The translations under genes and the position numbers were made by a program. Below the pieces are notes generated by a model. The model saw nothing but the letters and a program-made list of their open reading frames with translations, had not been told where the DNA came from and did no database searches. Positions 1 to 13,200 of a DNA stretch of 64,000 bases are shown one piece after another. Position 1 is the stretch's first letter, and every line of letters starts with the position of its first letter. This DNA is from Raillietiella orientalis (Eukaryota), in assembly GCA_036172245.1 (NCBI GenBank), contig JAYWIR010000074.1, forward strand, positions 62,001-126,000. The letters run 5' to 3'.

Positions 1-1719
1 GGGCCGGACGGTCGGACTGGATTCGCTTGGGGATCCCCACGGGCAGGTACATCGAGTACCTTGGCGTTCCGTTGGGGGACTTCTGCTCTGCAGAAGCCTG
101 GTCCGGCCGTCTACAAAAGGTGGAGCTGGCGATCGGCCCGTTCCGGGACGGCAAGTTCCACTTGTAGGAACGGGCCACGGTATGGAACGCTTTCGCGGCA
201 CCCCTCCTTCGCCCCCTACTTTTTGTGTGCCCTACCCCGTACCAAGTCAGGACACGGACTAGGGGCCTTATACGGAAAGCCCTCTGGGGCAACCGGCGGC
301 CCCGCGTCCGGCTCAAAGACTTGTGCGCTCCACGCAGGGACGGTGGACTTGGTCTCCTGACGTTGGAGCGCATGGAGCGACAGCTCCAATTCAGAAAACT
401 TGCCCTTGTGGCAAAGTTTTAGACAGCACCCTGGTGTGCACCAGCAAGACTCCTTGCTCACAGGGCAACCGGCTGCTTCGAATTGACTTCAATCCTGGTA
501 GCCAAGGAACGCAGCCTGAACCATTGTGGTTATCAGCTGCGGGATTTGGTTGCTCTGATGAGAGACCACCCTTGGATCTCCTGCATCCCAGCGGACTGGA
601 CTACCTGGCTTCAGGAGTCCGTATCCGCATGGGCGAAGATCAATGGCACCAGCGATGAGGACTTCTCCTGCCTCTGCAGAGGGAGGCACGCTGGTCAGCT
701 ACTCCAGGAGATCGTTTCCAGCCCACGGAAACTTCTGTGGGCTTCCTTCACCCCCCTTGCCCCAGTGCTGCCCTCCCTCAGTTAAGTTCGGGACAGCAAC
801 CAACAGGCATCGTATGAAGTGTCCTGTCTCATCGGAGGCAGGAAGAAATCACTGAAGGCGTGGACGCCGAGGGAACTAGCGGACGCTAGTACCCCGAGTG
901 TCCCGCCGAACGGACTTTTACGCTGGGGCGCGCTACTCGGTATACCTCCGGAGGAGGTGAAGTGGCCCCCAGCGTCATGGGACAACGGCACCCTTCCCCT
1001 GCAGTGGCAGGAGACGACGTTGCTTCTGCCCCACTGGGGACCTTTAAGCAGAGCACGCCTGTCTCGCTGGACATCGGGGAATGTGGATGCTAGTTGTGCA
1101 GAGTGCGGGGAAAGCGAGACCTTCCCCCACTTGATTCTGGAGTGTGTTGCCCTCCACGAAATGTGGGACAGACTCTCGACGATCCTCAACATTCCGGAGG
1201 GTGACCCAAAAAATTTATTCAGACGCCTCCTGACGCGAGACGGCTTGTTAGCCTCCGGGAGCATAGCAGCACTCTGCTGCATACGCGGTATCCTGGAGAA
1301 GTGGACCGCGTCTAGGAGAGGAAGGACTAGCCGGAATGCCATCCACTGGGCAGCGATCTCCTTGGAGAAAGCGTGCCGTTGACGCCGACTTCAAAAACAT
1401 TTACCGACACTTGTTCGCATCCGAAACCGGATGCAAAGGCCTGCTCACGGCGCACCGTGATCCCCTCCCTCCCTCCTTCTCCCCAAAAACATTGCCCTTC
1501 AGACGTTTTTTTTTTTTTGTTTTGTTTTCTGTTTATTTTCCTTGTCTTGGCGCCAGTGAAGGACTTTATCGGCCTTTGGGTCGATAAACACAAGTGCTAC
1601 TGAACTTCAATGAACGTATGACGTCCAAAAAAGAAAAATTTTAACAACATAGACTTTATTACAAAATTTTGTAATGTCAAAATTTAAGTAATAAAAGCTC
1701 CGTCTAACCCGGGTGAAAA
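1..1719 (+). mobile_element. Element A (famA): 3' part of an L1/Tx1-like LINE (post-RT region, zinc finger, 3' UTR), degenerate
   Basis: YIEYLGVPLG, LKDLCAPRRDGGLGLLTLE and CAECGESETFPHLILEC across broken ORFs; stop in GTGATCCC near 1460; terminal box ccgggtgaaaa at 1709-1719. Confidence 0.93.
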
Positions 1720-4654
1720 ACCTGTGCAGGGGCTGAGCACTCATGGCCTTAAGCGTTTAGTAAGCTCGCAAAGCTGGATTGCCAGACCTGTCTCTCAGCC
1801 CCAGCTTTATATTCCGCCAGGTTGCGGACGTCGGGATTCCTGGAGTGAGTACGGGCGTGTAGGAACGCACCGACATTCCTGATTCCTAATCCGAAACCTG
1901 AAGCCTTTGCCGAAAGTCGGTGTGGGTAGACGTGTTTTTTATTCCCTCCGCCAGCGCTTGTCTAGGAAGCAACCGGAGTTTTTAGTGTAGTCAGGTGTAA
2001 AGTGTGGGTCGTCGGTGTCCAATGGCAGCCGTGCCAGAAAACACCGTAATGGATGTAGTTGTGAGAGCGGCAAGTCCTCCCACACAACCTACGGCTATGG
2101 GGGCAATAGTTCCTGGAACGTCTTCGCAGCCGGCGAAGACTTGGAGTGAAATGGTAGCCGCCCCCAGTGCAAAGGCCATGGTTGAGGAAGCCGTCTATCG
2201 GGCCTCTGAATACAAGCCATCGCTTGTATACAAGGTAGCCCTTTGTTTGAGGGAAACACGGCGCCATCTTTCAGCAGAGCGCTTCGAAATGCTTATGTCC
2301 GTGAGGAAGACCTGGAAGCTCTGTGCGTGCTCAGCGGGGCGCAGCAGATTGAGCTGGTGTGCAAGAGCATCAGCCTAGTTGATCGCCTGATAAATACCCC
2401 GCTGATCATGGACGGGCGTAAGATCTTCCCGGTGTCAATGGACCACTCGGTAGTGGTCCACTTGACAGGAATATCTAAGCGCATGACGCGCTCTGCCGTC
2501 AATGAGGAATTAAGTAAATACGGAAACGTACACGCTCTGTGGCCGAAGCCTACAATATTTGAGGGCTACGGACGCCACTTCGGGGGCCTCGCCGCAGCAC
2601 GTGTAGCCCCAAAAGACGAAGCGAAGCTTCCCTACAAACTTGAGGTTGCGGGAGAACCGGTAGTCCTCTGGTATGCGGACAAGCCACGGTATTGCGGCTA
2701 CTGCGATGCGGTCGGACACATCCGAAAGAGGTGCCCAAACAGCGTATGCTACTTGTGCGGGGAGAAAGGACACGTGCGTCGTGTGTGCCCTAAACGCCCC
2801 ACTTCGATTCCCTCGGCCGCCAAAAAGGCGCAAGAGAAACGCGCGGGGAAAGAAAAATTGGAAGACCGTGAAACTGGCCGAGAAAAGCTGCCAATAACCC
2901 AAGCTTCAAGCGCGGCATCGGAGAAAAATCTTCCCGAAACCGCAGAGAGAGAACAGGGCTGGCAGCTAGTCAAAGTTAAAAAAGAGAAAAAGGGCAAGCA
3001 TGTCCCGAAGAAAGGAGAGAAGGCGGCGGCCGGAACAAAAGCTCCACCCGTGTCGCGAGTTAAAACTCTCCGAGAATGCACGGTTACGCTGGAGCACATT
3101 GACGTTCCCGCCGACACCAACGGAGGGGATACGGCTTCGATCGATTTTCCCGCCGCGACGAATGCGCGCGAAAACCCACCCACTGCTTGCAAAGAGGGTC
3201 AGCCGGACGACCAAATTGCCGAAACCAAGGACGCAGCCTTCGAGAAGGCCGCCGAGGAGCTTGTGGCAACGCTTGCTGAACGCGAGAACCCTTCGCGAAA
3301 GGGGATGCGTAGGCCGGCATCGGCTAAAGTGGCCCCCGCAGGTGAGTCGGACCGGGAGGCAAGAAGTGCATCCTCCTCTGCGGAAGCACCATCAAGGAAA
3401 GCAAGGCCAAAATCCCAGAAACCCCGATGGTGCATTCCTCCTCCGCGCGAATGGAATCCAATGGAGGAGGATCCAGTGTATGGCAGCGTGGGAGCCCAAG
3501 TCGGGCATCACCCAAGTGCAAAAACCGACGAGCAGGCAACTCCAATGGAGGAAGGTAACCAGAGGTTAGCAATGCCCCCTAAAACCGCCGAACCTGAACC
3601 ACCCGCACCAATGGATGTGGGCCAACAGGTACGAGCAACACCACCTTCGCCCGGGCAGCCGAAGACGTCGGCACGTAAGAAGGATTGGGAGTTGGTGGGC
3701 AAGACGCCAACCCCGTCCAGCGACCCGTTCCAAAAGGTGGCGGAAGCCCCACCGCCAAGTTCCCAGGAAGAACACCTGGACTCGCCTCTCGCCGTCGGAT
3801 CCGCGCGGCCAGTTGGAATGTTAACGGGCTGCGCGACGACGGAAACAGACGAGATACAGCCGCCACCTTGCGAGATTTCGACCTGGTACTTTTGCAGGAG
3901 ATTCACGTGATCGCCGCAAAAGACGCTTAAGAGATCCAAACGATTGCGGGAGGGCGGTTGTACTGGCGATGCGGCGCCCGCAACGCTCGTGGGGTCGCGT
4001 TCTTCCTAAAGCCAGCCTTTAACGCGGCCGTGAAGGGCGTGCGCTTTGGGGACGACGGACGGATCGGCCAACTGATTCTCAGATGGTCCGATTCGATCGA
4101 CCTCATCGTCACCAATGTGTACGCTCCTAGCGGTAAACAGGGATACCAGCAGCGCAACGCGTTACTGGAAACCTTGAAGCGCGAATGGCTGGTGGAAGCG
4201 GACGTGCGAAAGGCGCATCTGATAGCAGGGGATTTCAACGTCCGTCTGCTCTCAGATCAGCCCGGAGCACAGGGGAACGCGATCAACGAGTTGTGCGCCG
4301 CCATGCGCGCGCGCAACTTGTTGACAGAAATAAGCGGGATGGTCAGCAGCGTGGACCACGTCTTCCTCGACGAAGACCTGTGCACACGGGACGGAAAACG
4401 AGAGACTCTTGGATCGACGCAGTCGGAACATTCCCGGTTATAATTCAAGATGAGCAGGCGCGACAAAGGACCGCCATCCAGGGATTGGCGTATGCCAGTG
4501 GACTGGACGCACCTGTCAGGAGCGAAAGAACATCTTCGCGAATTCCTGAGAGGCGTCATCCTCCAGAGTCTCGCGAATCGAAACCTATTTATGTACTCGG
4601 TCTGGGAGTTATGCGAACAGTTTTCTGTGCAAAGTCTGCCCCGGGGATTCGGCG
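1720..4654 (+). mobile_element. Element B: 5' half of a LINE (leader, ORF1, APE), cut in the APE-RT linker by element C
   Basis: ORF1 from ATG 2022 with knuckles CGYCDAVGHIRKRC and CYLCGEKGHVRRVC; APE motifs SWNVNG, QE, NVYAP, GDFN, VDH; ends at LPRGFG. Confidence 0.93.
2022..3910 (+). pseudogene. ORF1 (gag-like nucleic-acid-binding protein, 2 CCHC knuckles) of element B, frameshifted near 2240-2290
   Basis: ORFs 2004..2378 and 2243..3910; homologous to the other ORF1s here; the original stop was probably near 3772. Confidence 0.85.
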
Positions 4655-7600
4655 TTGTCACCCGGGTACGCCCGGGGCGTTTATTTGTAAACTCTGTACG
4701 CATGGTTCGAGGCCCCACCACGGCCCTAAACACAAGACCTGTTGGGAGACCGGGACGCAGCCCGACGTGGCACTCCCCGACAGCGAAGGGGGATGGGAAG
4801 AAAAAAAAAATAAAAATGAAAAAAGAAACAAACAAAAAGAAGTTGGAGGGCAGGGAAGGGATCACTGGTCGCTTTGGGGAGGGACCATCCGTCGAACGAA
4901 GCCCTCGAGGTCAGTCTGCATATTCTTCAGTTGTGGCCATCCGGCAGCTCTTTGCAAGAAGCGTTTGGCATACGGGATGACATCCCTCGCCTGTGGACCC
5001 ACTCCTTCGTTGTTGGCGTCGCTCCATGCCCCCACGATGCCACGGACGCAGCACAAGGCTGCGATGGCTGCGGCTGGCTGCAGTGCGTCCTTCACGAAGA
5101 GGGGCCGAAGAACGTCTCTGGGGGTGCTGCCCGTAGGGAGCCCGAGGGTCGTCCCGAACCGTTCCCAAAAGGGTCGGAGGGCAGCACAATCCACAATAAG
5201 GTGGGGAAGCGACTCCCGCTCCCCGCACCTGGCACACGCAGGATCCACAGCTCCCCTCGTCCAGTGGAAGCGGCGCGCGTTGCAGGGTAGACCCCAGTGC
5301 AACAAAAGCAACGCCGACTCTTACCACTTGAGGGGTAGGATCCTGGATTCCTTCATCACCGGGGGCCACTTCAACTCATCCCTGGGGATGGCGAGCAGCT
5401 CGCCCCATCTTAATAATCCTCTCGGCTGGACGCTCGGGGTCGTGGCGTCGGCCAGTTCTCCTGTTGTTTAGCCGCTAATCAACTTCTCGCGTCCCTCGAT
5501 GCGGCAGCAAACTTGCCAACTTGGAGTCCGGCTGCTGTGAAGTGCCCTCCTCAGGAAGGGCAGCGCCGTAGCTAGGCAGATCTTCTCTGCCCACGTGCAT
5601 CTTGCTGGACTGTCCAGGAGATTCCGCAGCGTGCAGCGGGCGTAGGGGCTGTATCGGAGACGATTCCACAATTCGTGGCTCCTCTGGTTGACCGCTGCCT
5701 ACGTTCCAATATTCTCCTCCAGCCAGGCGGGGTAGTTGTCAGTGCAGCAAACCATCCAGCTGTTCTCCTTGGCCAATGTTGCCGTGCGCCCGAGCCGTAG
5801 GCCGCATCTTCGTATCTTCCGGCCACGGCTCACAAGAAAAGATGCGAGTCCATCGCTCCTTGACACACGACTGGAGAGGAGGCGGGTCGGAGTACACCAA
5901 GGGGTGCTTCACATCTTCGCTGCGATGGCGAGGGTTCGCCACAGCAGCTGTTTTTCCACGCGCTCCAGCGTCAGAAGGCCAAGATTGCCGTCCCGATGCG
6001 GAGCGCACAAGTCCTTCAAAGGGACTCGCGGTCTCCCTTTGCCCCAAAGGGCGAAACGGAGGAGGTCCTTTGTCCTCGTCTCCGATTCCACGGTGGGGGG
6101 GCATACAAAGAGCAAATGGCGGAGGATAGGGGCCGCGAAGGCGTTCCAAACCGTTGCCCGTTCCGGCAAGTGAAACTTGCCTCCCAGGAACGACGCGATG
6201 GCCGTCTCGACTTTTTGGAAGCAGCGGGACCACGTTTCCGCAGGGGAGTAGCCCCCCAACGGCACATGAAGGTAGTTGAAGCACCTCGCCGTGGGAATCC
6301 GCAGACGGTCCCAGTCCTGCTGCCCTGCCTGCGTCGCACCTATTGTCACCACCGACGACTCTGCCCTGTTGACCTGCAGTCCTGTCCCGCGACTGGAAAG
6401 ATCGAAGAAGTCTCCGACCGCCTTTGCCGGGGTGGACATTGGCAACAAGAGCAGAAGATCGTCGGCGTACGCTGCTACGGCGGGCGTGCCGGGGCACGAG
6501 CTCGGCAAGGGGGCCAAAGTCACCCTGTACGCTCTCAGCACCAACTCAAAGTAGGTGCTGAAGAGCAGGGGGCTGAGGCTTCCTCCCTGCCTTATGCCCC
6601 GCCGCACCGGCACGCCATACACCTTGTGACCGCTGAAAGAGACGGTAATCATCGCATTCCACCAGCAAGAGCGCAGGTAGGAAATCAGGGAGGGTGGGAA
6701 GCTCATGCGACCCAGGAGCTTGAAGAGTAGTTCCTTGTCTACACAGTCGATTGCCTTGTGGAGGTCGACTGCGAGCGTTGGGGCCCCCTTCCTCGCCCGA
6801 GGTTTCCTTCTTTGCCCGGCTGGCGGCCCCAATGTGGGGTTGCCGACTTTCCCTATCCCTTTCTTCTCTCTTCTCGGCAGGTGAACCCATGTGATTGCGA
6901 AGAAGAGGTTGGCATCCATGCTTTACCCGGGAACAGCATAAGTCTGCTCCGGGCTAATTACGGATTGTGCCACCTGCCCCAGACGCGAAGCCCATAGCCC
7001 TGCTATTAACTTGGCGTTCGTATTCACGATCGTGATTGGATGCCAGTTCTTTAAATCTCTGAGGTCTCTCCCTTTCGGAAGGAGCCTCACTCTGGCTGAC
7101 GGAACCGAGGCGGGAACATCGCCTTCGTCTCGAATCAGCCTGATCAACTTAAGCAACAGGGGCGTCAGCTCTTCCGGAAAGCTCTGAAGGAACTCTGCGG
7201 GCAAGTTATGTTCCCCTGGAGCTTCGCGCCTCTTGAGCCTTTTGATACCGGCGGGAATTTCGCCGGTGGTAAAAGGCTCGTCGAGGCTTTCTATCTCCTA
7301 CTCCCTTATTGCCGGGGCGCCATCCGGAAGCAAGCGGCGAGAAGCGTCTCGATCCGGGGGCTCCCTGGCGTAAAGGGAGGAATAAAAACTCCGCACGAGA
7401 TGCCGTACCGACGCCGGGGACAAACATTCCCGCCCCTGGTCGTCCAACAAGCTGGCCGACCCGGATTGCGAGGCTTTGCGTTCGGCCCTGGCGCGGTAAT
7501 CATCCAGGCGACGAAGATTAAAGGTTCTCTCGTACCTACGAGCATGTAAATAGGCCCGATGGTTGCAAATGCCCTTGGCGAATCCGGGGGGCAGGCGGTC

Positions 7601-7672
7601 TGAGTGGAACTGTCCACAGATCTCCCGGAGCGAGGCCTTAAAAAGGTCTTAATTTCTAAGATTCTGGAGCGT
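4655..7672 (-). mobile_element. Element C (famC): LINE lacking its 5' part, linker-RT-zinc finger-3' UTR
   Basis: ORF 5909..6919 has DLHKAID, QGGSLSPLLF, YADD; CARCGERESLPHLIVDC; terminal box at 4655-4665. Confidence 0.95.
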
Positions 7673-10600
7673 CCAGCGGACGTGTCTTTTTGCTGCTTTT
7701 GAATTTCATCTCCGTTGGTGCTTTTGCGTGGTGTGGGTGGAGGATTAGGCAGCAATGTCTCATACCACCACCGGTGAGGATCCCAAGGCGATGACCTCAT
7801 TGCCGCCGGAGGAGATGGAGGTGGGGGATCCCGCATCAGTGAAGGCTACCGCCAGCACGGATGCGCCCTTGTCCCTAACCAGGGCTTAGAACGCCGAGGC
7901 TGCGGCACCTACGCCAGCGGCTATGGCGAAAATGCGCGCTTACCTGGAGGAGGTGTGTAACCCATTCCTTCTATATAAGGTAGACGGTCTATATTCTCCT
8001 GGGAACGCGCGCGCTTTCTCGCAGGCGATGCGCGTTCTAGGCGTACAAAAAGAGGAGCTTTTGGCTATGTCCGTCAGAAGCGGTGGTCAATTTGTGGAAG
8101 TTATCTGCAAGGAGGCAACTCTTGCGCAAAGACTTCTGCGGACCCTTGTAATTATGGGGAGCCGGAGGCTTCTCCCAATTACTGAAGACCGGTCGGTGAT
8201 CATTCACCTGACCGGTATCACGTTCCGGATGACGAAGGAGGCTGTCCGGAACGAATTAGAAAAATTCGCAACTGTCCGCGCGCTGTGGGGTGAGCCTACG
8301 TTTTTTGTTGATTACGACGGGGTGCTTGGCAACCTGGGTGCAGCGCGAGTAACGGTCCGCGAAGCGTGTGAGTTTTGCCACAAACTCACCGTCAACGGTG
8401 AGTCCACTGACGTCGGGTACGTGGGGACACCCAAGTTCTGCGGCTGCTGCAGCAGCTTTGGTCACCATAAAATGACGTGTCCGAGCGTGCAGTGCCAGCA
8501 ATGCAAACAAGCGGGGCACACCCGTCTGGTGTGCCCCCAAAACACAGACCGCGTCGTGTCCGCAAAAAACGCAAGGAAGAGCGCGGCTAAAAAAAGAAAG
8601 AAGATGCCAACTCGTGCTGCTGCTTAGGAGGTTAGCTCCGCCACCAAGGCGAAGGCCAGTCCCGAGACCCCGGCGAAAAACGCCGAAAAGGTCGAGGGTG
8701 AGGGTCAAGACCCAGGGTGGCAGAAGGTCGACCCCAAGAAAAACTCCCATAAGAAGGGATAGAACGTGGCGAGACGGAGCGAAGCCGCTCTGCGCCGCGA
8801 AAAAATTAAAAGCTGCTGCGTCGTTGTAGAGGGAATTGCCTCCATCGACGAATGCGGCGCTAAAGAACTCGCTGCTGCCCCTGCTCAACCCTCCGTTGAC
8901 AAAGTCAACAAGGAGGGGAGCGAGGCGGCGGCGTCCGTCATCGAGCCCACGCTCGATGACGTCGCTTTCAAGCGCGCCGCGGAGGAGCTGGCTGCCTCGT
9001 TGCAGCCGGTCGCCCCCAAGGCTGGCAAGAAGGCCGTGAGGCGTCCGGCCTCCCCTCAGGAATTCTCCACTTCCGTCCTTGAGGTGGAGGCCGGAAGCAC
9101 AGCTTCCATCTCCAGCGCAACCCGCAAAAAGGCTGTACGAAAGTCCACAAAGCCCAGGAAGATCGTCTCCTTCGACGAAGGGGAAGAGATGGCTTCCGGC
9201 TGCGAGGGTGCGATGAGCGTGGGAAACTCCCGGGACCCGTCGCCGAGAGAATCATACGCTCCGGCACGGAGGGGATGGAGGGGGTGGAGGCCGAACAAGT
9301 GCCCCTGGTGCCTGAAGAGGCCTCCGTCCCCATGGACATACCCAACACCTGCCCCGCGGCAGGTGGGGCAACTCCTCCTTCCCAGCAATAAAGCCGGGAA
9401 TCGCCTCCCGTCGTCGTCTGCTGATCGCCTGCTGGAACGTCAACGGGCTAAGTTACGACGGCAAGAGGGGTGACGTTGCCGCCACCCTGGCATCCTTCGA
9501 CCTGGTGCTGCTGCAGGAGATCCACGTGATCTCCGCAGATCAAGCCCGGGAGATCGAACGGATCTCGGGTGGTCGGCAGCTGTAACGCTGCGGTATTGCA
9601 AAATCTAGCGGTGTCGCCTTCCTGCTCCGGCCAGCCATCGAGACCACAATAAAGGACGTACGGTTTTATGACGCAGGTCGCGTCGGTCAGCTGACTCTCA
9701 GCTGGTCCGAATCAATCGACCTGGTCGTCACCAACCTGTACGCTCCTAGCGGTAAGGAAGCATTGAGGGCGAAGGCAAGAAGAGAATTCTACCTTGCCCT
9801 CGGAAGCGATTGGCTGATCGAAGCAGGTGTTCGCAAAGCGAACCTGATAGCAGGTGTCTTCAACCTGCGCCTGCTTTCAGGTGCGCCGGAGACACTGAAC
9901 GACCGCGTCAAAGAGTTGTGCGCGCAAATGCACACGTACAGCTTGCTATCCAAAGATACGGACATGGAACGGAGCATCGATCACGTGTACCTTGACCAGC
10001 ACCTATGCTCTCGCGTGGGCAGGCGCGGCAAGTTCCCGTCCCAGCTGTCGGACTATGGCCGAATCGTGTTCGAAGTGCATCCGCGCGACAAGGGTCCCCA
10101 ATCGTCAGCGTGGCGTCTACCACGGGACTGACTGAAGTACCCGGATGCGGCGAAACATCTCCGCGCGTTCATACGAAACTTAAGAATGCGCACGCTTCAG
10201 GACAGGGACCGCTTCAACCGGTCGTTCCAGGTGTTCTGCGACCGATTCCCTTTGCAACGCCTACCTGCGGGATTTGGGGAGGGGCCGCGTAACGAAAGGC
10301 GCTATCTTCAGGCCCGACGTTACGCGAGAACCCCCGACATGCGCAGGTTAGCAGTGTATCGAGCGGGAGCCGAGAGGCAAGCCTGGCAATCCGGGTCGTC
10401 CAGCTTGCTGGAGGACCAGAGCCGGGAGCACTCGGCTCCTTCTCAGAAGCGCGGGATTGTGAAGAAATTTTACTCCTCCCTGTACGCCAAGGCGCCTCCG
10501 GAGCGAGACGTCTCACGAGTTCTGCTTCCGGAAGGTGCTCCAGCGATTGGGGAGGAGGAGAAAAGGAGCCTCGACGAGCATTTCACGATAGACGAGATTA

Positions 10601-13200
10601 TCTTGGCCATCGCAAAGCTCAAGAGGCGGAAGGCTCCAGGGAAGGACAGCCTGCCCGCAGAGTTTTAGCAAACTTTCGCGGCAGAGCTTACCCCCCTGGT
10701 ACATCAGCTCACCTTGCTGATTCGCGAGACAGGTGACGTTCCCACCTCGTTTCGTTCAGGAAAGGTGCGGCTCCTACCAAAGAGAGGAGAACTAAGGAGA
10801 ATGAACAACTGACGTCCCATCCCAATAGTGAAGGCGGACGCCAAGTTGATAGCGAAGGTTTGGATAGAGAGGTTGGGACGGGTTGCCAACATTTTCATCA
10901 GCCCGAAACACACATATGCTGTTACTAGGCGAAGCATGGAGGCGAACCTGTTCCACGCTCCCAACCTGGCTAGAGCTCCAACAAGAAAGGAGCTTGGTGC
11001 GCAGCCGGAATTTCGGTGCGTCCGTTGGCGGGAAACATGACGGTCGGGTGGGGAAGGGAGCTCTTGTGGTCGCTGTCGACTTGCTTAAAGCATTCTACAG
11101 CGTCGTCCAGAATCTCCTGCTGGAGATTCTGGAACGCTTGGGCTTCCTGGCCTCTTTGTTAGCCTACCTGCGCTCCAGCTGGCGCGATGCGCTCATTAAT
11201 GTTCTTTTCAGCGGGCAAACCGTGCACGGAGTACCGGTGCGAGCGGCATACGGCAGGGAGACAGCCTGAGCCCCCTGCTCTTTAGCTCCTTTTTTGAATT
11301 GGTGCCGAGAGCATACAGGGAGACTCTGGCGCACCTGCCGCGCGTTTGTCCCGGTACGCCTGCGGTTTAGGCATACGCGGACGATCTTCTGCTACTCATC
11401 ATTATGTCCACCCCGCATTCGGCGGTCGAGGAGTTCTTCGACCTCCTGCATCAGGGAACCGGACTTATAGTGAACAGGGCGAAGTCGTCCGTAATGCCAG
11501 TCGGAGCGGCGTGGGTAGGGCAGCAGGACTGGGTCCGTTTGGGGATCACCACGGTGAGCTACTTCAAGTACCTTGGTGTGCCGTTAGGGGACTACTCCCC
11601 TGCGGAAGCGTGGTCCGGCTGCCTTCAGAAGGCTCAGGTGGCGATCGGCCCGTTCCAGGACGGCAGGCTCTACCTGCAGGAACAGGCGCGGCGTTGAACG
11701 CGTTTGCGGCACCCCTCCTTAGCCCCTTGCTTTTTGTTTGCCCCGCCCCCGTGGAATCAAAAATGCGGACGAAGGACCTTCTCCGCATAGCTCTATAAGG
11801 CAAGGGGAGGCCCCGAGTCCCTTTGAAGGACTTGTGCGCTCCGCGTCGGGACGGCGGTCTCAGCATCCTGACGCTGGAGCGCGTGGAAAGCCAGCTGCGA
11901 TGGCGAACTTTCGCCATCGCAGCGAAGATGTGGAGCACCGCTTGGTCCATTCCGGCCCGCCTCCTGGCCAGACGTGTGTCCCTCTGCGGAGGACTCGCAT
12001 CGTTTCTTCTGTGCCCTGGGCGGAAGATTCGAAGATGCGGTCTACTGCTCGGCCCCATGGCAACCCTGGCAAAGGAGAACGACTGGATGGTTTGTGGCCC
12101 CGCCAACTCCTCCTCTTGGCTGAAGTTGACTGCTGGCACCTGGGCCAAGCAGAACCAGAGTTGCGAAGACCGGATTTACTGCCTGCGAGTCGGCTTTTAC
12201 GCCCGCCGAACTCTCCCTGAAATTCTTGAATTTCCACCGAGTTGCACGTGGGAGGAAGGCACACCCCTTGTTACGGCGATGCCCTTCCTCCAAAGGGCGC
12301 TTCACGAAAGCCGGAAGCCAAGGTGGCAAGTCTGCTTCCGTATCGCAGGCAGAGAGAAGATGATGAGCGGCTGGACCATGGGAGAGTTGACAGATGCAAC
12401 GACCCCTAGTCTCCAGCCGCGTGGATTAAGAAGATGGGGCGAGCTGCTCGGCATTTGATTGGAAGACCTGGAGTGGCTTCCGGTTCTACTTGGATCCAGG
12501 ATTCTTCCCCTGAAGTGGCAAGAATCGGCGGTTCTGTGGCTGCATTGGGGTCTACCCTGCAACGCGCGCCGCTTCCACTGGACGCGGGGAAGAGTAAATC
12601 CTGCGTGTGCCAGGTGTGGGGAGCGGGAGTCGCTCCCCCACCTCTTAGTTGAATGCTCTGCCGTCCAGATTTTCTGGGATCGTCTGAAAACGGCCCTCCG
12701 GATACCGGATGGTGGCAATGTTGGATGTGTCTTCAGTCTTGTCTTCGTGCGGGACGCCCTCAGTCCAGCCGCAGCCCTGGCAGCACTTTGCTGCATTCGT
12801 GGTATCGTGGCGGCCTGGAGTGATGCCGAAGATGAAGACTGCATCGTGAGGGACGTCATTGAGCATGCTTCTTGCTTCCTGAAGAGAGCTACCCGATGGC
12901 TCAATCTAGGAAAACTGAAAATGGAACTAGAAGGCATCCTGCAAAGGATGGGCGCTCTCAGCAGTCTTCTGTGATCCCTTCCCGGCCTTCCAAACTTTTT
13001 TTTTGTGGTTTGTTTTTCTCTTTTATTTTATTTTTGTTTTCTACCCCATCCCCCTCCACTGCCGAGGAGAGCCTCACCGGGCTGCGTCTCGGTGTCCCGG
13101 AAGTTCCGGTATTGCGTGGCCGTTAGTGGGGCTTTGTACCACGTTCTGTATTGACTGTTGAAATGTTTTTAGTAAACGTCCCGGCGTATCCGGATGGCAT
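7673..13200 (+). mobile_element. Element D (famD): full-length (~5.5 kb) but degenerate LINE
   Basis: 5' motif ggacgtgtcttttt at 7678; ORF1 knuckles (7923..8627); APE ~9400-10130; RT with YADD ~11375; zinc finger; stop 12974; terminal box ccggatggcat 13190-13200. Confidence 0.95.

Noticed and set aside
1729..1803. tRNA-like ends (GGGGCTG...CAGCCCCA, ~75 nt)
   Set aside because: No T-loop TTCRA and no convincing D or anticodon arms
1720..1927. Canonical HDV-like or hammerhead ribozyme
   Set aside because: Could not place P1.1/P3/J4-2 or a CUGANGA...GAAA core with a stem II; kept only as an unclassified structure
1981..1995. U2 snRNA-like AGTGTAGT (a target class of some Tx1 elements)
   Set aside because: Only 8 nt match and no other U2 sequence nearby
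4185..5471. 428-aa ORF and similar long ORFs (14158..15084, 49672..50790, 52092..52874)
   Set aside because: Antisense or off-frame shadows of GC-rich LINE ORFs, some crossing element junctions
5909..6919. Bacterial RT system (retron, group II intron, DGR)
   Set aside because: The RT sits in ORF2 with an APE and a C-terminal CCHC finger, downstream of a knuckle ORF1, which is a eukaryotic LINE layout
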